A DNA stretch of 62,819 nt, filler included, from Sphacelaria rigidula (GCA_964200075.2; 8 parts of 8 records of this genome joined end to end with filler, not necessarily neighbours in it); one strand, 5' to 3'. Shown: positions 1-12,132, counted from the whole stretch's first letter. The notes: generated by a model from the sequence alone, not told the origin. Program-made: numbers and translations.

Positions 1-673
1 TACTGTTTGGTATTTCGTTTGATGAGACCTTGTCGGATTGCAGTGCTACATGGGTTTGAAGACGCGCGCTGATTTGCCGATGACCACGATGTGTCATAGT
101 AGGCACAACTCGCGATGCATCGTCAGTTAGAACGAGCTGAAGGAAAGTGAGCTTCTTAGGCGGCCCAGCCTGGACCAAGAAAAAAACATATAGACGCATC
201 TGGCAAGAATCTAAGCCGCATTTTTGCCGCCCAAATGGCGTCATTTGTACCATTGTACTAACAGGGCGCGGCACAGTGTACTGTGAATTATGTCAAACCA
301 GCAAGAGCCAGGAGGCAACAAAAAGTCGAACGGAAAAATCTCTCGAGATGACCAAACGACGCCTCAAACTCTCTCGGACACACGACATGCACCAAACAGA
401 AACAGCACACGTGCAAGAAAAACAAAAAACAAAGAACAAAGAACGAAAGACAAAAAACGCGACGACGTCGCAAAACCCCTTGACCCTTTTGGAACTCCCG
501 AAAAACAGTACAAACTCCCATACGGTGAGCTTTCGTCACCGGGAAAACGTCACTTCGAGTTCGGTGCACGAATTTGCCACATTAGTATACTTGCACTTAG
601 AGTGGCGCACCGTTTTGGTCGGCTTCATTATCAACACTTGCAGAAAAACAAGCATATCCTGCCCAAGAAATCG

Positions 674-1963
674 TCAATTGTATATCGTCACTTTTCCATC
701 AACGATTCCAAAAGGGTTAATACACGTCGTCCCGGGTCCGGTGAAATGCAGGCGGCCAGTGGCTGAATATTGCTCAAGGTTGTATATACAAATAAAAATC
801 GGCGTGTTCCCGGGACCAAGTAAAGACGTGTGCGAGTACCGCACACTACAATACCTTTCTTTGTCGCCCTCTCTCCGCCGGACAAAATCACCGCATGCGT
901 GTATCCAGCAACAACCAATATACCTATTCGCAAGCTGTGCTGGGCATTTGCCCAACAACCCCTTAACTGTACCAGTACACCAACCGCACCTGTCACAAGT
1001 CACGGAGTCCCCGCTGTCACGATCACCCGAACCGTTTCCTCTACTTCGAGCCGCTGCTGCACCAGCCCCCGCAAGATCATCGCCTCCACCCCGTCCCCCA
1101 CTCGAACCGCCTTCTCTACTCCACGCCACTGGCACCCCCGCTCCCGCCAGTTCGCCACCTCCACCCCGACCCCCACTCGGACCGCTTCCTCTACTCCGAG
1201 CCCCTAGCGCCCCCGCTCCCGCCAGCTCGTCACCTCCATTCCGCGCCCCACTCGAACCCGCTGCTTTGCTCCGTTCCATTACCGTCCCCGCCCCCGCCGC
1301 CTCTTCACCTCCACCCCGACCCTCGCTTGAACCGGCTGCTTTGCTCCGAGCCACTGCCGCCCCCACCCATGCCAGCTCGTCACCTCCACCCCGACCCCCA
1401 CTTGAACCGCCTCCTCTACTCCGAGCCACTACCGCACCTGCCCCCGCCAGCTCGTCACGTCCTCCCCGACCTCTCCCGCCACCCCCACCTCTGTCCTTTC
1501 TAGTCTGCCCACCCCGCGCGCCGCTGGCGGTGGTTATACCACGGGCCCTCTCTTGCTCTCGCCCGTCCTCCCACGATCGCCCGCGCGCTACCACTGCCGA
1601 TCGAGGATTGGCGGTACGCGCGGCAAATCCGCTATCACCCACCGGCGCTCCCGCCGGGTTCGAAGCGCGTTGTCGCGGCGTCGCGATCGCTCCAGTCGGC
1701 GACGCGCAAGCACTGCCGCGCAGACCGACCGGCTCCTCGGAACGCGGCACGGTGTCGAGCGCCGGAACCGATTCGCGGGTTCTATTTACTACCGCTGCAG
1801 CGTCGGGACCCGGTCCGGTGGTGTCGCGGTCAGGTAGGCTCATGTCAAAACCACGCTCGGGGGGATCCGAGAGTCTTACTGCGGTGGGTGTACGGGTGAG
1901 AGCAGCGCCCCGTGCGAGATTGTCCGAATGTCCTCCTAGTCTCACTGTTGGCCTACTGGGCAT
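674..1963 (-). CDS. Transposon-borne ORF or exon: Gly/Arg-rich 25-aa repeats followed by a PHD-like Cys/His cluster
   Basis: 429-aa ORF with six ELAGAGxxxARSxGxGSSGGRGGGD-type repeats, then CDRC...GKC...GCCWIHAC...YCS. A pyrimidine-rich ...CTATCCAG precedes the ATG, so this may be an internal exon. Confidence 0.5.
   Translation of the reverse strand: MPSRPTVRLGGHSDNLARGAALTRTPTAVRLSDPPERGFDMSLPDRDTTGPGPDAAAVVNRTRESVPALDTVPRSEEPVGLRGSACASPTGAIATPRQRASNPAGAPVGDSGFAARTANPRSAVVARGRSWEDGREQERARGITTASGARGGQTRKDRGGGGGRGRGGRDELAGAGAVVARSRGGGSSGGRGGGDELAWVGAAVARSKAAGSSEGRGGGEEAAGAGTVMERSKAAGSSGARNGGDELAGAGALGARSRGSGPSGGRGGGGELAGAGVPVAWSREGGSSGGRGGGDDLAGAGAAAARSRGNGSGDRDSGDSVTCDRCGWCTGTVKGLLGKCPAQLANRYIGCCWIHACGDFVRRREGDKERYCSVRYSHTSLLGPGNTPIFICIYNLEQYSATGRLHFTGPGTTCINPFGIVDGKVTIYN
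1032..1481. repeat. 75-bp minisatellite, 6 copies
   Basis: Units start at 1032, 1107, 1182, 1257, 1332 and 1407 (CCG...CTACTCCGAGCC...CACCTCCACCCCGACCCCCACTCGAA). Confidence 0.9.
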
Positions 1964-4529
1964 CTGGATAGGTAAATAGGTGGTATGGGGGGCAGCAGGG
2001 GTGGGGAAGGCGAAATTGAAAAAACAGCTGTGGTATTAGTGCTGATTGTATGAAGCCTCCATTCTTGGCCTTTTGAAGCACGATCGTAAGCAATTCTCAC
2101 CCTGCACTCTTTCGGAGGTGTAGCCACGCTACACACCATCCTGACCGCCAGAGATAGTTTGCTTCCAAGCTCGTGTGTATAGCGGCGAAAATGATCACAT
2201 ATGTGAAACGTCGTAAACGTGCTCTGTCTTCAGGTCGGCCGGTGAACAAAAGACTGAGGGGCAACGAACACATCACGCCAAGACTTGGCGCTGTGATATC
2301 TGCGCTCTTCAGCTATACAATGGTTTTGATTGAATGATTGATATCTGCACACAAAAGGATTGATTGCGTGTTGGGGAAGAATCGATATATTGTACAGAAG
2401 CGGGAAGAATTGTCCCAGATGTTTATAGTGGTTGCAGTATCTAGAAGCTATTTCAGAACACATTGACCTGCAAGATTGCCTGTGTGATGAGCCAGGTGAG
2501 TCAGTTCAGTGTGGGAGATGGAGGAAGGTACAAAGGCAAGTGCATCACGGTGAAGTGACAATAACGGTGTCTTGGCTGAAGTCGAGGTTTATGAGATCCC
2601 GGAGACGGGTGTGGTGCGACTATCAGTTAGTGACAGGATCGCGAATCGACGTTGTCTGAGTTTCGGTACCCCTCCCCACCCCCCAAGCTGGGTTGGGGGC
2701 GAGACTGCATAATGTGACAAAATTCGAAAGCAACTGCACAAAATCTACTTTCCGGGAGACTTCCAAGATAGACGCATTCGAGGTGAATAAAATGGAAACG
2801 CTCACCACGCCCACCACTTGGGATTAGCATGCCACATTGCCTTTTGGCATAATTTTCCTCGAAAACACGGCGTTACATGGTTAAAGTGGCATGAACATGC
2901 AGGCTACAAGCTAACTGTGAGCAGTGCAGTGAGCATTGTCGTCACATCATCGTGTCTCGTATAGTTCAATTGATGCTCCCCGGGCCCCCACGACAGACAC
3001 GTGTAGTCTACTGCTGATGACGCCAATTCACGGCATGGCGCGCTTTTGTCAAACTCATGGAGTACAACGCTGATGAACCGATGACCCCAATATTACGGAT
3101 GTCGCTCCAGTAACTCAGGGAACAAGGTGATGTGAGAGATTGCACCAACAGCAATCAGCTGATCCCCACCGGAAGGTGAACACCAGACCGCGGACAAACT
3201 CCGCCCTCTCTCGTCCCACATCAACCCATTCTGCTGCAGAACGTCGACTCGACTCAGTCAATTGCCTACGGTATTCATCGTGATTGTTCTTGCGCTCGGA
3301 TACAGGCCGGGTCGCCTGAGAGGCGGACTTTCCTTCAGGCGGTTCTAACTTCCGATGCATCGCGAGTTGCGCTTACATTGACACATCGTGGTAATCTGCA
3401 AATTAACGCGCGCACTTCATGTAGCACTACGAGCTGACAAGTTTTAATCAAACGAGGTACCCAACTGTAGTCAGCTGCAAAGTGTAGAGAGTTGAGGGTG
3501 ACATGTGCCGCGGAAATAGGGGGGGAAAACGGCTGAAATCACATTTTCGGTTACAGTCGGTTGTGCCGCGACCGCAAAGCGATGATGCTGCACAACTTGT
3601 GGTCGTGCAACAATGCATAATGTAATGTAGGCGCGCAGTGTCTGAGATGGCACATAGACGAGGTCTCCAGCGCGCCAAGGCGTCTGGTAGTAGTGTGCGA
3701 ACGGGTGGGCAGTGGATGAACAAAGCTCGTTTGCTATGAATTTTTGACACGATGTACATGAGGTATGTGCGAAGCACCTATCGTTTCCTTCTCTATTTTT
3801 TATCCTCCTCATGACTTATTGTTGATAGATAGAAAATTCGGAACAATTGTTTTCGGTACAAAATCGTCGACAAATCATTGAAAAAAAAAATCAACGGGAG
3901 GCAATAGGATCTTTTCAACATACCTCATGCACATCGTGTTAAAATTTGATGGGAAAAGACTCGAAATTTATCAGCATAACCGCGTTTCATTTTTTCGTGG
4001 CTGATCCATCTCCATATAGGAACCCGTCTTCGACATGAACACGCGATTATGCAACTCAATTTGGGGGAGTTTTCTATGGAATTTTGACACAATGTACGGG
4101 ACGTATGTGCGAAGACTCCATCATCTGCCCCCTGGAATACTTCGATGGGGGGGTGGTGCTCACAAACAGATAGGGGCTGTTCGGCTATAGCGTCGGGGTT
4201 ACCGACATTGAAGTGCAGCCGTCGATGTTTTTACGAAATATTGCTTCGCGCCCAAGGAGTTGAAGCAGGTATATAAAAAAATGAAAAAAATGGGCAGGCG
4301 TAACAGCCTTGGGTCGAGTTATCAACATCGAGTAGGGGAGAGGATGACCGATGATATTGAAAACACCAAATACCCTAATTATCTCGACCCCAGAGGTGGA
4401 ATTAAGCGGAGCTCAAATCACTCATTGGCATCTCGGACATCGATATGTCCGCAACCAACTTCAATTCTCCATGTCACAACTCCCAAACTGGGCTGGGCTA
4501 GGCTGGGCTGGGCTGGGCTGGGGGGAGCA

Positions 4530-4823
4530 GGGGTGTACTTATGATCTTGCATGCCGTAATCGTATGACCGTTGACCTCGCATTCCTACAAAGCCAGGACG
4601 GAGCACGCCGGGTTTTTGCCAGACTAGGCTCGCAATCAATTACCGAACGAGAGACGCTGTGATGTGCTCGGCGAGTCGCATAAAGGGTGAGCTACATCCT
4701 CCTAAGATTGTTCGGCCCGAAGCCTACTGATTATCTTGCATTTGGATGACAGCCTACAATGAGTTGCTTCATTCTCTGGTATTGCCACTTCCAGAGACAC
4801 CCACGGCTTACACACTACCTCAC
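4530..4823 (-). mobile_element. ~300-nt SINE-like retroposon (family A, C-tailed), near full length
   Basis: Colinear with the copies at 22262-22564 and 38910-39226. The sense 3' end is the family ATGAGTACACCCC motif (ATAAGTACACCCC in this copy), next to a (GGGCT)n/G tract. Confidence 0.8.
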
Positions 4824-4832
4824 TGGGGGGTA

Positions 4833-4973
4833 GGGGGTGTACTCATTATCATGCATGCCATGGCCATATGATCATTGACATCGCATCCCTAAAAAGCCGG
4901 GACGGAGCACTCAATCATCACGCGCGAAGCGCCGTGGTGGGTTCGGTGAGTGGCATGAAGGGTGAGCTGCATC
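4833..4973 (-). mobile_element. Family A SINE-like copy, 5'-truncated and internally deleted, directly adjacent to the previous copy
   Basis: GGGGGTGTACTCATTATCATGCATGCC...GGACGGAGCAC...GGTGAGCTGCATC. Confidence 0.75.
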
Positions 4974-5334
4974 GTACTGAAAATGGGGGTAGGGGGGAGA
5001 AAACATAGGGAAACAGTTCCATGCACGACGTTTTGACATCCCCACACAGAGACTCGTCATCTTTTCGTACAAATGTTACCGTGACTTCACCAACCCCTTC
5101 CCCACGAAATTTTGATTCAAACCCCGGTTCGTTCGTTTCACTACTCTGGTACATCGCTTCGTTTGGCCCTACCTTGGACCCAAAATCGAACGACTATCGT
5201 GGGGGCGGGGGGGATCAAGACTTCTTGTGTTGGGGCCACCATGTACGGTTCAATTTTAGATCAAAATGGAAGTCGAATTCATTCAAGGGGGTATAAAAAA
5301 TACCGCCCAGCCACCACCCACTCCCCTTCCTCAC

Positions 5335-6267
5335 CTGAGCTTCCGTGTCCTCGTCGTCTTCATCCGTACTTTCTCCTGCTGGGACCCTACGCACCCTGAG
5401 CCCATCAAGTCCACTCCAGAGCAATTTCGAAGTCTTCCCGGAGACTGAAGTCGCTGCAGTGACAGCTGCCGTCGCCGCTGGCTTCACCTGCTTCGCCCTC
5501 TCTCTTCCCGTCACATGTGCTCCGGCGGTGGTAGTAACGGCGGCGGCCGTAGGGGCGGCGGTCTTCGGGACGGTGACCGCAGTGGCGGCGGAGACAGTTG
5601 CTGCGGGAACGACATGACTCTCGGCATCGTCTTTCCGGCTGGAGCCGCCGCCACGTGATGACCTCGGCTTCCATTCTAGAATATGTTTGAAATTATCCCG
5701 CTGAGGCTGTCGCCCTGATTCGTCCCCATCGGAGACATTTTTCGTTGTGGTAGCAGTGGCTGAGCTGGTGTTAGGTGCAGCTTGAGGACTGTTGTCGCGA
5801 GGAGATATGACTCTGACCTGCTTCCCGCGAGCGGCACTCGTTCTTAGATTGTCGATATCGTGAACGGCAGCTGGGGAGTCGTAGAGGAGATCAGCATAGC
5901 CGAGCGGTTTACTGCTACGCTCATTGCTGACCTTTTCGGGGAGCAGACAAGATGGGTCGACACGGTCGGCACGCAACACGCGCTGCGCGCGCGACCATTC
6001 TGGTCTTTTGGCACTCGCGGTAGTACTCTCGAATTGGTATGCTACTGTTGCTGCTCGCCGCTTCGGTGCTGTGCCCGTGGCAGTGCCGGTTGTAGAGGCA
6101 AAATGTGTGCCGTTATATCCACGGGCACGTAATATGCCGGCGCTCCTGCCGTTGCCACCTGTTGCTTCCTTGAGTTTTTCTTTCGCGGCCAGCTGGGTGA
6201 TGTGCGACGAAGCCGCCACCCGCGTGGCCGACGGCAGCTTGTTTTCCTTGTCCTCATATATGTGCAT
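5335..6267 (-). CDS. First coding exon of a host gene; low-complexity Ala/Thr/Ser-rich protein of unknown function
   Basis: Long ORF MHIYEDKENK...DEDDEDTEAQ ending at a canonical CAG|GTGAGG donor at 5335/5334. Confidence 0.6.
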
Positions 6268-7703
6268 GTTTGTAGCTAGCTACAACCACAACACGGACAA
6301 AACACAGATCTACTGCCGCGCGATGAGTTCCAAGCCAGACTTGCCCACTATCCACCAAATATTATCCAATCGCAACGCCAATGCTGCAGCACTGACCTTG
6401 CTCGCCTCCGCTGTGCTGACCTGGCTCCGTCAGGTGCTGTGCGCAGGCTGCTTCGCCAGCTGGGTGCAAAAAGGTCAACGGTCAGAAACACGGATTTTGA
6501 CGGATCGCGTTTCGTATTCAAGTAGATTGAGAGCTAAATCCCCAGACCAAAGGCTGTCAACACATAAAAATATACTATCCTAGTGAAAATCAACCGATGA
6601 CCCCTCCGCCCGTGTTTACTCCTGCTCCGTACGAGTAAGTGTTTCCCCCTACTCTGCCGCCCCCAAGCCTAGCTTGGGACAACGAGTTTCCTTTTTCTCA
6701 CCACGTGCTTTCGCCTCAACTATTGTGATACCCGGAGTCGGAGTTTCCGCACCCGACATCCATATGTCGTTTTCCAATTATTTCCTTGTGGGAATGTCGC
6801 GGTGTTTACTTATTTATGCAGTGGAGAAGCTGCCGCTCGTGAGCGTTGCGGGGAAGAGAATCGATGTCTGACCGTCTGGAGATTAAGGCAGCTGCATTGG
6901 CGCTGGTGGAAAGAAATACCGGTAGAGGAAATGCCAGCAACGCCACAACCGTAAGATGTTGCACTTCTGACCGTTACTGCCGCACCCGACGGAGTATAAC
7001 ACCCCCTGGATGACGAATGTTTTAACCTCAATTTCTTCCTGCAATTGTCGATACCCTGTGCAATTGCGATATTTTTTAGAGTGAAACCTCTCGAATGAGA
7101 TTTCTTCAATGAATTATGCTTTACTACCTAGCTATGGCTGTCTCCGAGGAACATAAGCTTGGACTAGACATTTTGAACGGGGGGTGGTATACCCCATTCG
7201 AGGGCCCACCCTTGGGATTTTTGAATTTTGACGGTATCCGACCCATCGTGGTACTCTGCGGTACTGCGTGGCTATGTAGGTGCAAACAATCATGTACGGA
7301 GGGGTAGTCCACCAGCTGTAAAGTATTCGCGTCCTGGTACATTCTAGGGAAAAACTTTCGAGTTTATGCACTCGTCTCGAAAGTGAGGCTTCATGTGCAG
7401 GAGCCTTCCCGAAAGCTTCAATTTAACCGTGGCTACGGACTATCTTTGCGATGGGGACTGTCTTCGCGATGGTGCAGCAGACAGACCGTAAAACGTAAAA
7501 CTACAAGCTGTAGCAGTCATGCCAGACATTCACAATACAATCAGCATGGTGATGCCTTTCGATCGTCCACTTTTCAACCTCGTTGTTCGCAGAGGATAGC
7601 CCTGCATCTTGACGAGATTCCTTCATCGCAGTATTTTTGGCGGTGTGATAACCCCAGGTTTGAACAGCCGATCATCTATGTTGAGGATGGAGCTTTTCAT
7701 TGA

Positions 7704-7766
7704 GGATGAGAACCCGGAGGACTAAAATCTTCGTATCCACACTAAGTCTTCGAAATATGGTTCCAT
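7704..7766. mobile_element. Fragment of the 444-bp foldback family, cut by the contig end
   Basis: GGATGAGAACCCGGAGGACTAAAATCTTCGTATCCAC...TTCGAAATATGGTTC matches ~37255-37318. Confidence 0.6.
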
Positions 7767-7866
7767 NNNNNNNNNNNNNNNNNNNNNNNNNNNNNNNNNN
7801 NNNNNNNNNNTTAATTAATTAANNNNNNNNNNNNNNNNNNNNNNNNNNNNNNNNNNNNNNNNNNNN
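7767..7866. other. Artificial contig spacer
   Basis: N44-TTAATTAATTAA-N44, giving stop codons in all frames. Confidence 0.98.
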
Positions 7867-7960
7867 GGTGTGTATACTGGTCTACGATTGGCAGTTCCTC
7901 TTCTTCCTACTTCCATTTGAACTCTACTGGATTTTTCTCATCTTCGTTACAGACGAGGAC

Positions 7961-8059
7961 GGGGTGGGGGGTGGGGGGCGTACTCATTTCTTGCTTGCCC
8001 TAGTCCTTTGACCAGTGACCACGCATCCCTTCCGAGACGGAGCACCGTTCCTACTCCTA
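7961..8059 (-). mobile_element. LINE 3' tail fragment (family B, C-tailed)
   Basis: G-run followed by CGTACTCATTTCTTGCTTGCC...GAGACGGAGCACCGTTCCTACTCCTA; matches 22818ff and 23226ff. Confidence 0.75.
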
Positions 8060-8443
8060 TTATAGTAGTTTTCATCTGAAATAGGAGTTTTTTTTTAGTT
8101 TGTCATAGTCGGCGACTTCAATGTGTTTTTCGCGTGCCAGCACTCATCTTAGCGATCAAAGTCGGGAGTCGGGAGATACCAGGCATCCGCTCCACATTCC
8201 GAAAAAAATCGTCTCTGCGCTCAACATTGAATGACTTCGGAGCTGAATTGATGGGGGTGTTATCGACCGTTTTTTGGTTCGAAACGCATTTATTTCCGGC
8301 TCTAGCGCAGTGGATGGGCGAAAATAATAAATAAGCACCCGTAAATCATTCATGAGAGTGATCGGAATTGGTTCATCCCCGCCTGTGGTATACAGAGCTC
8401 GGTTGGGCAAGTTTCTTTTGTGGGTACTTCCTGAAAGTAGTGG

Positions 8444-8687
8444 TGCTTCGGTAGGGATGCACAAATATTTTCGGGAGGATATAATTTTTAGGAGCCCTTT
8501 ATCTCATCCAAAACGCGGCTGATGAAGTATATGAGAGTACGCGAGGGTGACTATTTTAATGTGCTAGGGATGTCCCCAAATAATTTGAAAACAGGATGCC
8601 CTAACCCATATTTTTATGCATCTAGAATCGTTAGGAGTCCCTGAAACAGACAAGATTTTGCGCAAAAAGTGCACCCCTACCGTAGCA
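8444..8687. mobile_element. 244-bp MITE with TGCTACGGTAGGGGTGCA-type TIRs
   Basis: TGCTTCGGTAGGGATGCAC ... GTGCACCCCTACCGTAGCA. Related ends at 18555-18713, ~43570-43630 and ~58168-58219. Confidence 0.7.
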
Positions 8688-8734
8688 TTTTTTTCAACGA
8701 TTTTTTTATCACGCTATTATTTTTTTGTTTGTCT

Positions 8735-9521
8735 CCCTTTTAACCTCTACGCTTCGTCGGGACGAGTCCGTGATCTCGAGAGATAACCCATCTCTCCCCG
8801 GTACACGCCTTGGATTTTGGTCTCGCGGATTGAATCGCACCACTTCCGCACCGCGTCAACTCACGCCAAACAAACTCAGTCGACTACGTTGTTTACTGTG
8901 ACGGTTTAAGAGACACCCGACTGGACAACTGACAACCTACCGTTGACTGGTCAGTTGTTTAGTTGGGTGTTTACTAAACCGTCCGAAAAGTTGGTCGCTG
9001 GTTCGATTCCCGTCGGACGCACTTTCTTCGAAGAAAAAAGAGAAGGAAACACCTCTGTAAAAATATTTGCCTGAAGAAATAGGGTGGGGTATGCCTGGTG
9101 GCTATGTTTGGAATGTACTGGTAAGGACCCCAGTGCACACACTCTGGATCGAGTGGGGGCGACGAGTAACGCAAGGGTACACAACGACAGTAGAGGTTGT
9201 GATTGCAGTCGATAGAGCGCTGGCAAGGGAAATCGCCTTCCTCGGGGTGAAAGTGACGGGCACAACTAACTTTTGTGACGGCTCAAGAGACAACCAACTA
9301 GACTACTGACCAATCAGAGACAACCAACTAGACAACTGACCAGTCAGCGACTGGACTGGTAAGTAGTCTAGTTGGTTGTTTCTTAAACCGTCACATTACT
9401 CACGTTGTCACGCTTCCCACGGTGAGAATCGCATACTACACAGGAAGAAACTCAACTCATCGGGAATCGAACCCTCAGTCTCTCCACCCTAATGGTGACG
9501 GACCATTACACCACCGGGGCG
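8735..9521 (-). mobile_element. tRNA-derived SINE, split by the 8897-9395 insertion
   Basis: Minus-strand head has an A box (TGGTGTAATGG) and a B box (GGTTCGATTCC). Both halves are colinear with the intact copy at 34762-35068. Confidence 0.8.
8897..9395. mobile_element. 499-bp Ginger-like MITE (TGT...ACA ends, 4-bp TSD TTAC, palindromic ~100-bp TIRs)
   Basis: TTAC|TGTGACGGTTTAAGAGAC ... GTTTCTTAAACCGTCACA|TTAC. The empty site is visible in the SINE copy near 34890 (GTGAGTAAACAAAG). Confidence 0.7.
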
Positions 9522-12132
9522 TATTGCTCCAAATATCCTCGTGTAGTATCCGCCCTGCGCTCACAACACTTAGCGTCGATATAAAATAGGAAGGGAAGAA
9601 GATCGTGCTCAGAACGCTATTCTTAATTTATGATGTCGGGGTGATACAAAGTAAGTCTTGTGTCCATCAGGGGGTGTTATCGACCGGCACTGGTCTACAA
9701 CACATAAAGTTCTGCGGCTCTAGCGCAATAAACAGCTAGAAATTGGAAAAAAAACTTTTCAGTTGTGCACGAAAACGATTGGGATTGATACTCAGGGGTC
9801 AGAGCCTGGGGCTACGTAGTCTCAGGACCCCCGAAGCCGGCCAGCCCGTGAGTCGTTCTATTATGAGCGCAGATGCGATTTAATTTCTTATTTCGGAAGG
9901 TGGAGAGGATGCCTGGTCTCTCCCGATCCCCAAACTGTGCTGTAGAACGTTCACTGGAATGAGCGGCGGCACACGATAAAACAAGTTCGAATATCCCCGA
10001 CTACAACCCCCCCCCCAAATTCTCCTATTTCAGATGAAAACTACTGTTGTTGGTTTCACGTAGAAAGGCTTCCGGGAGCATAACGCGCCTCTTCTCTTCA
10101 GATGAGACACCGCTTTCGTCATATGCGATCTCGTCACCCTGGCACAATGGGAACAAACATTCGCCGTTGCCTACCGGTCGACAATTGACTGACTTGCTTC
10201 GCTTTCGCACCCCGACTGATCCCCGAGGGATCAAGCTTATGGCCACGTGATGGACGAAACAAAGACGTGATGCGCTCGCTGTTGAAGCGAAGTGAAAAAA
10301 GATATGTGCACGGGTGTCCACTGGTCCACAATATGCGCACTTTGAAAGGGACCCTGGGTGTAGTAGGTTTGGATGTCGAAAAGGCGTATACAGCGTGTAT
10401 CGCATCTTCAACGCAAGCCCACCCGCACTCGTTGTCACCTTGTGTGACCTTTTGCACACCCGCCTGTAGGCTGGGATATGTGTCGTTGCGCATCTCATCA
10501 CTGTACGCAAGCTGTACAACTTCTGTGTAGCGTGCCGTGACGTGCCAGGGACCACCCGTGTGGAAGAACAGACGAAAAGCAGCAGGCCAAAAGCATGATA
10601 ACTAGAGATCGTCTGACGACATTGTTGCAGTGGAAACATCTTGTGCAGAAACCATATTTTTCCCATTATGGCAAAACATTCATCCTCAATCACCACGGCC
10701 CGACTACTGTGAATGAGAATCTTTCGTTCATGAACCCTACGCAAGCGAAGCGCAAACTGCTCTTGAATACACCGGCAGAAAGTAACCCACATGTAGAAGG
10801 TGTAAAAAGGAAAAGGGAACAGAGGAGACTACAGAAGTGAAACCCACCAGTTGCGCAAGTGTCATGGATTTCGCGAGTTCATCAGCCATGACATTATTTC
10901 ACGGAGCTGCTCCAGGTGTGCATATGCACACCAAAATAGCTGTCTGCTCCTCGTTCCCTTCCGGAAGGCATACATGTATTCATGAATTTCTGCCACCACA
11001 AGAACCACGTCGACATCACACACAAGTAAATTCGGTTCACGAGGGCTACACCACCCACACAGTTGTCTACAATCGATTCCATCACGCCATACACCCTCTC
11101 ATCCAAAAGGGTGCCCTGGTGCGGGAAAGCCTGATTCATCGACACAATAACACAGATTATCTCGTGCACCCCCCGATCATTCAATCTTACCTGCGGTGCA
11201 GAGGACTTCATCTCAACGTAACGAATAAATCACACCGGAACTCTCAACAAATATTTCAAAGTCGCACCGGAATTAGAACGCCTTTTTTTTCTTCTCCAAG
11301 AAGCGATTCTTTCGACAACACCGATGCCGCCGACCATGGAGAACAATGTACGCACCCAGGAGTGTTCTTCGGAAAAAAGGTCTTACGGGGTGTGTACAGC
11401 ACGGGAAGATCGAGGAGGATCACGAACCCCGAGATCACCCACACATGTGACCATTCGGCATCGGTGGCTACACACGAGGGAGCTCCATACCGACATAAGC
11501 ACAACAATGTCCACACGAAGGTATGCACAAGATAAAAAACAAAAAACATCCACACAAGCGTCTGAAAAAGACCCCACACACATTTTTGTTGCCATGTAAC
11601 AACCCGCATCACACACATGAAAAAAAGGTGAGACACCCGCGGGGGGCGTAAAACAAAAAATAAACTGGAGAGGAAAGAATCGGAAGACTGTTCCGGGCAA
11701 GCAAGGAAACGACCCTTTTCCCGCTCACTCGTTGAGAAAAGCGAACAAGGCTTACTTCACTCAACACGACGAACCCGCGCCGCGTCCGTAACAACCCTCT
11801 CTTGACTCTTACTCCGACTCCACCTAAATCTGCTTGTATGCGGCTGAGGTGAGCGCCTCTCGAGATCGGCATGTCGTTCAGTTTCTAGTCCGCCTCTAAA
11901 CGGAACACAGGTTCTCAATACCCCCGCACCCCGACGGTTTCTCTCCCCGTGAACCAAGGTTCACAACGAGCAGACAACTCTTTACTAGCTTCGCGTACCA
12001 TTCATGCCGCGTCGTCGATGTACGCCATGACCGGTTTAAAACTTCCTTCATCACACTTACAGAACCCAGCCCAAGGGTTGGGTAAGCCAAAGCCGAAACG
12101 CTCCAGCCGTGGTAGCCACCGTATGGTACTTT

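Larger units (their letters stand above)
1..3469. mobile_element. Non-autonomous DNA transposon-like element with long (>=180 bp) imperfect terminal inverted repeats; left end cut by the contig start
   Basis: 1-~180 aligns with the reverse complement of ~3290-3469 (TACTGTTTGGTATTTCGTTTGATG... vs TACAGTTGGGTACCTCGTTTGATT...; 41 of the first 52 nt match by hand; shared CCACGATGTGTCA and CAACTCGCGATGCATCG blocks). TSD not assessable. Confidence 0.7.
8063..10046. mobile_element. Tc1/mariner-type MITE (CAGT...ACTG ends) expanded by nested insertions
   Basis: TIR (T/C)AGTAGTTTTCATCTGAAATAGGAG ... CTCCTATTTCAGATGAAAACTACTG, with TA on the left flank. The uninterrupted homolog lies at 20136-21070. 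Confidence 0.75.

Noticed and set aside
7811-7822. Recurrent TTAATTAATTAA motif at ~7865-bp period
   Set aside because: Assembly linker embedded in N runs; not biological.
10025-12090. Overlapping ORFs up to 255 aa on both strands
   Set aside because: No motifs or consistent exon structure; more likely 3' UTR or intergenic DNA downstream of the Cys-rich gene.
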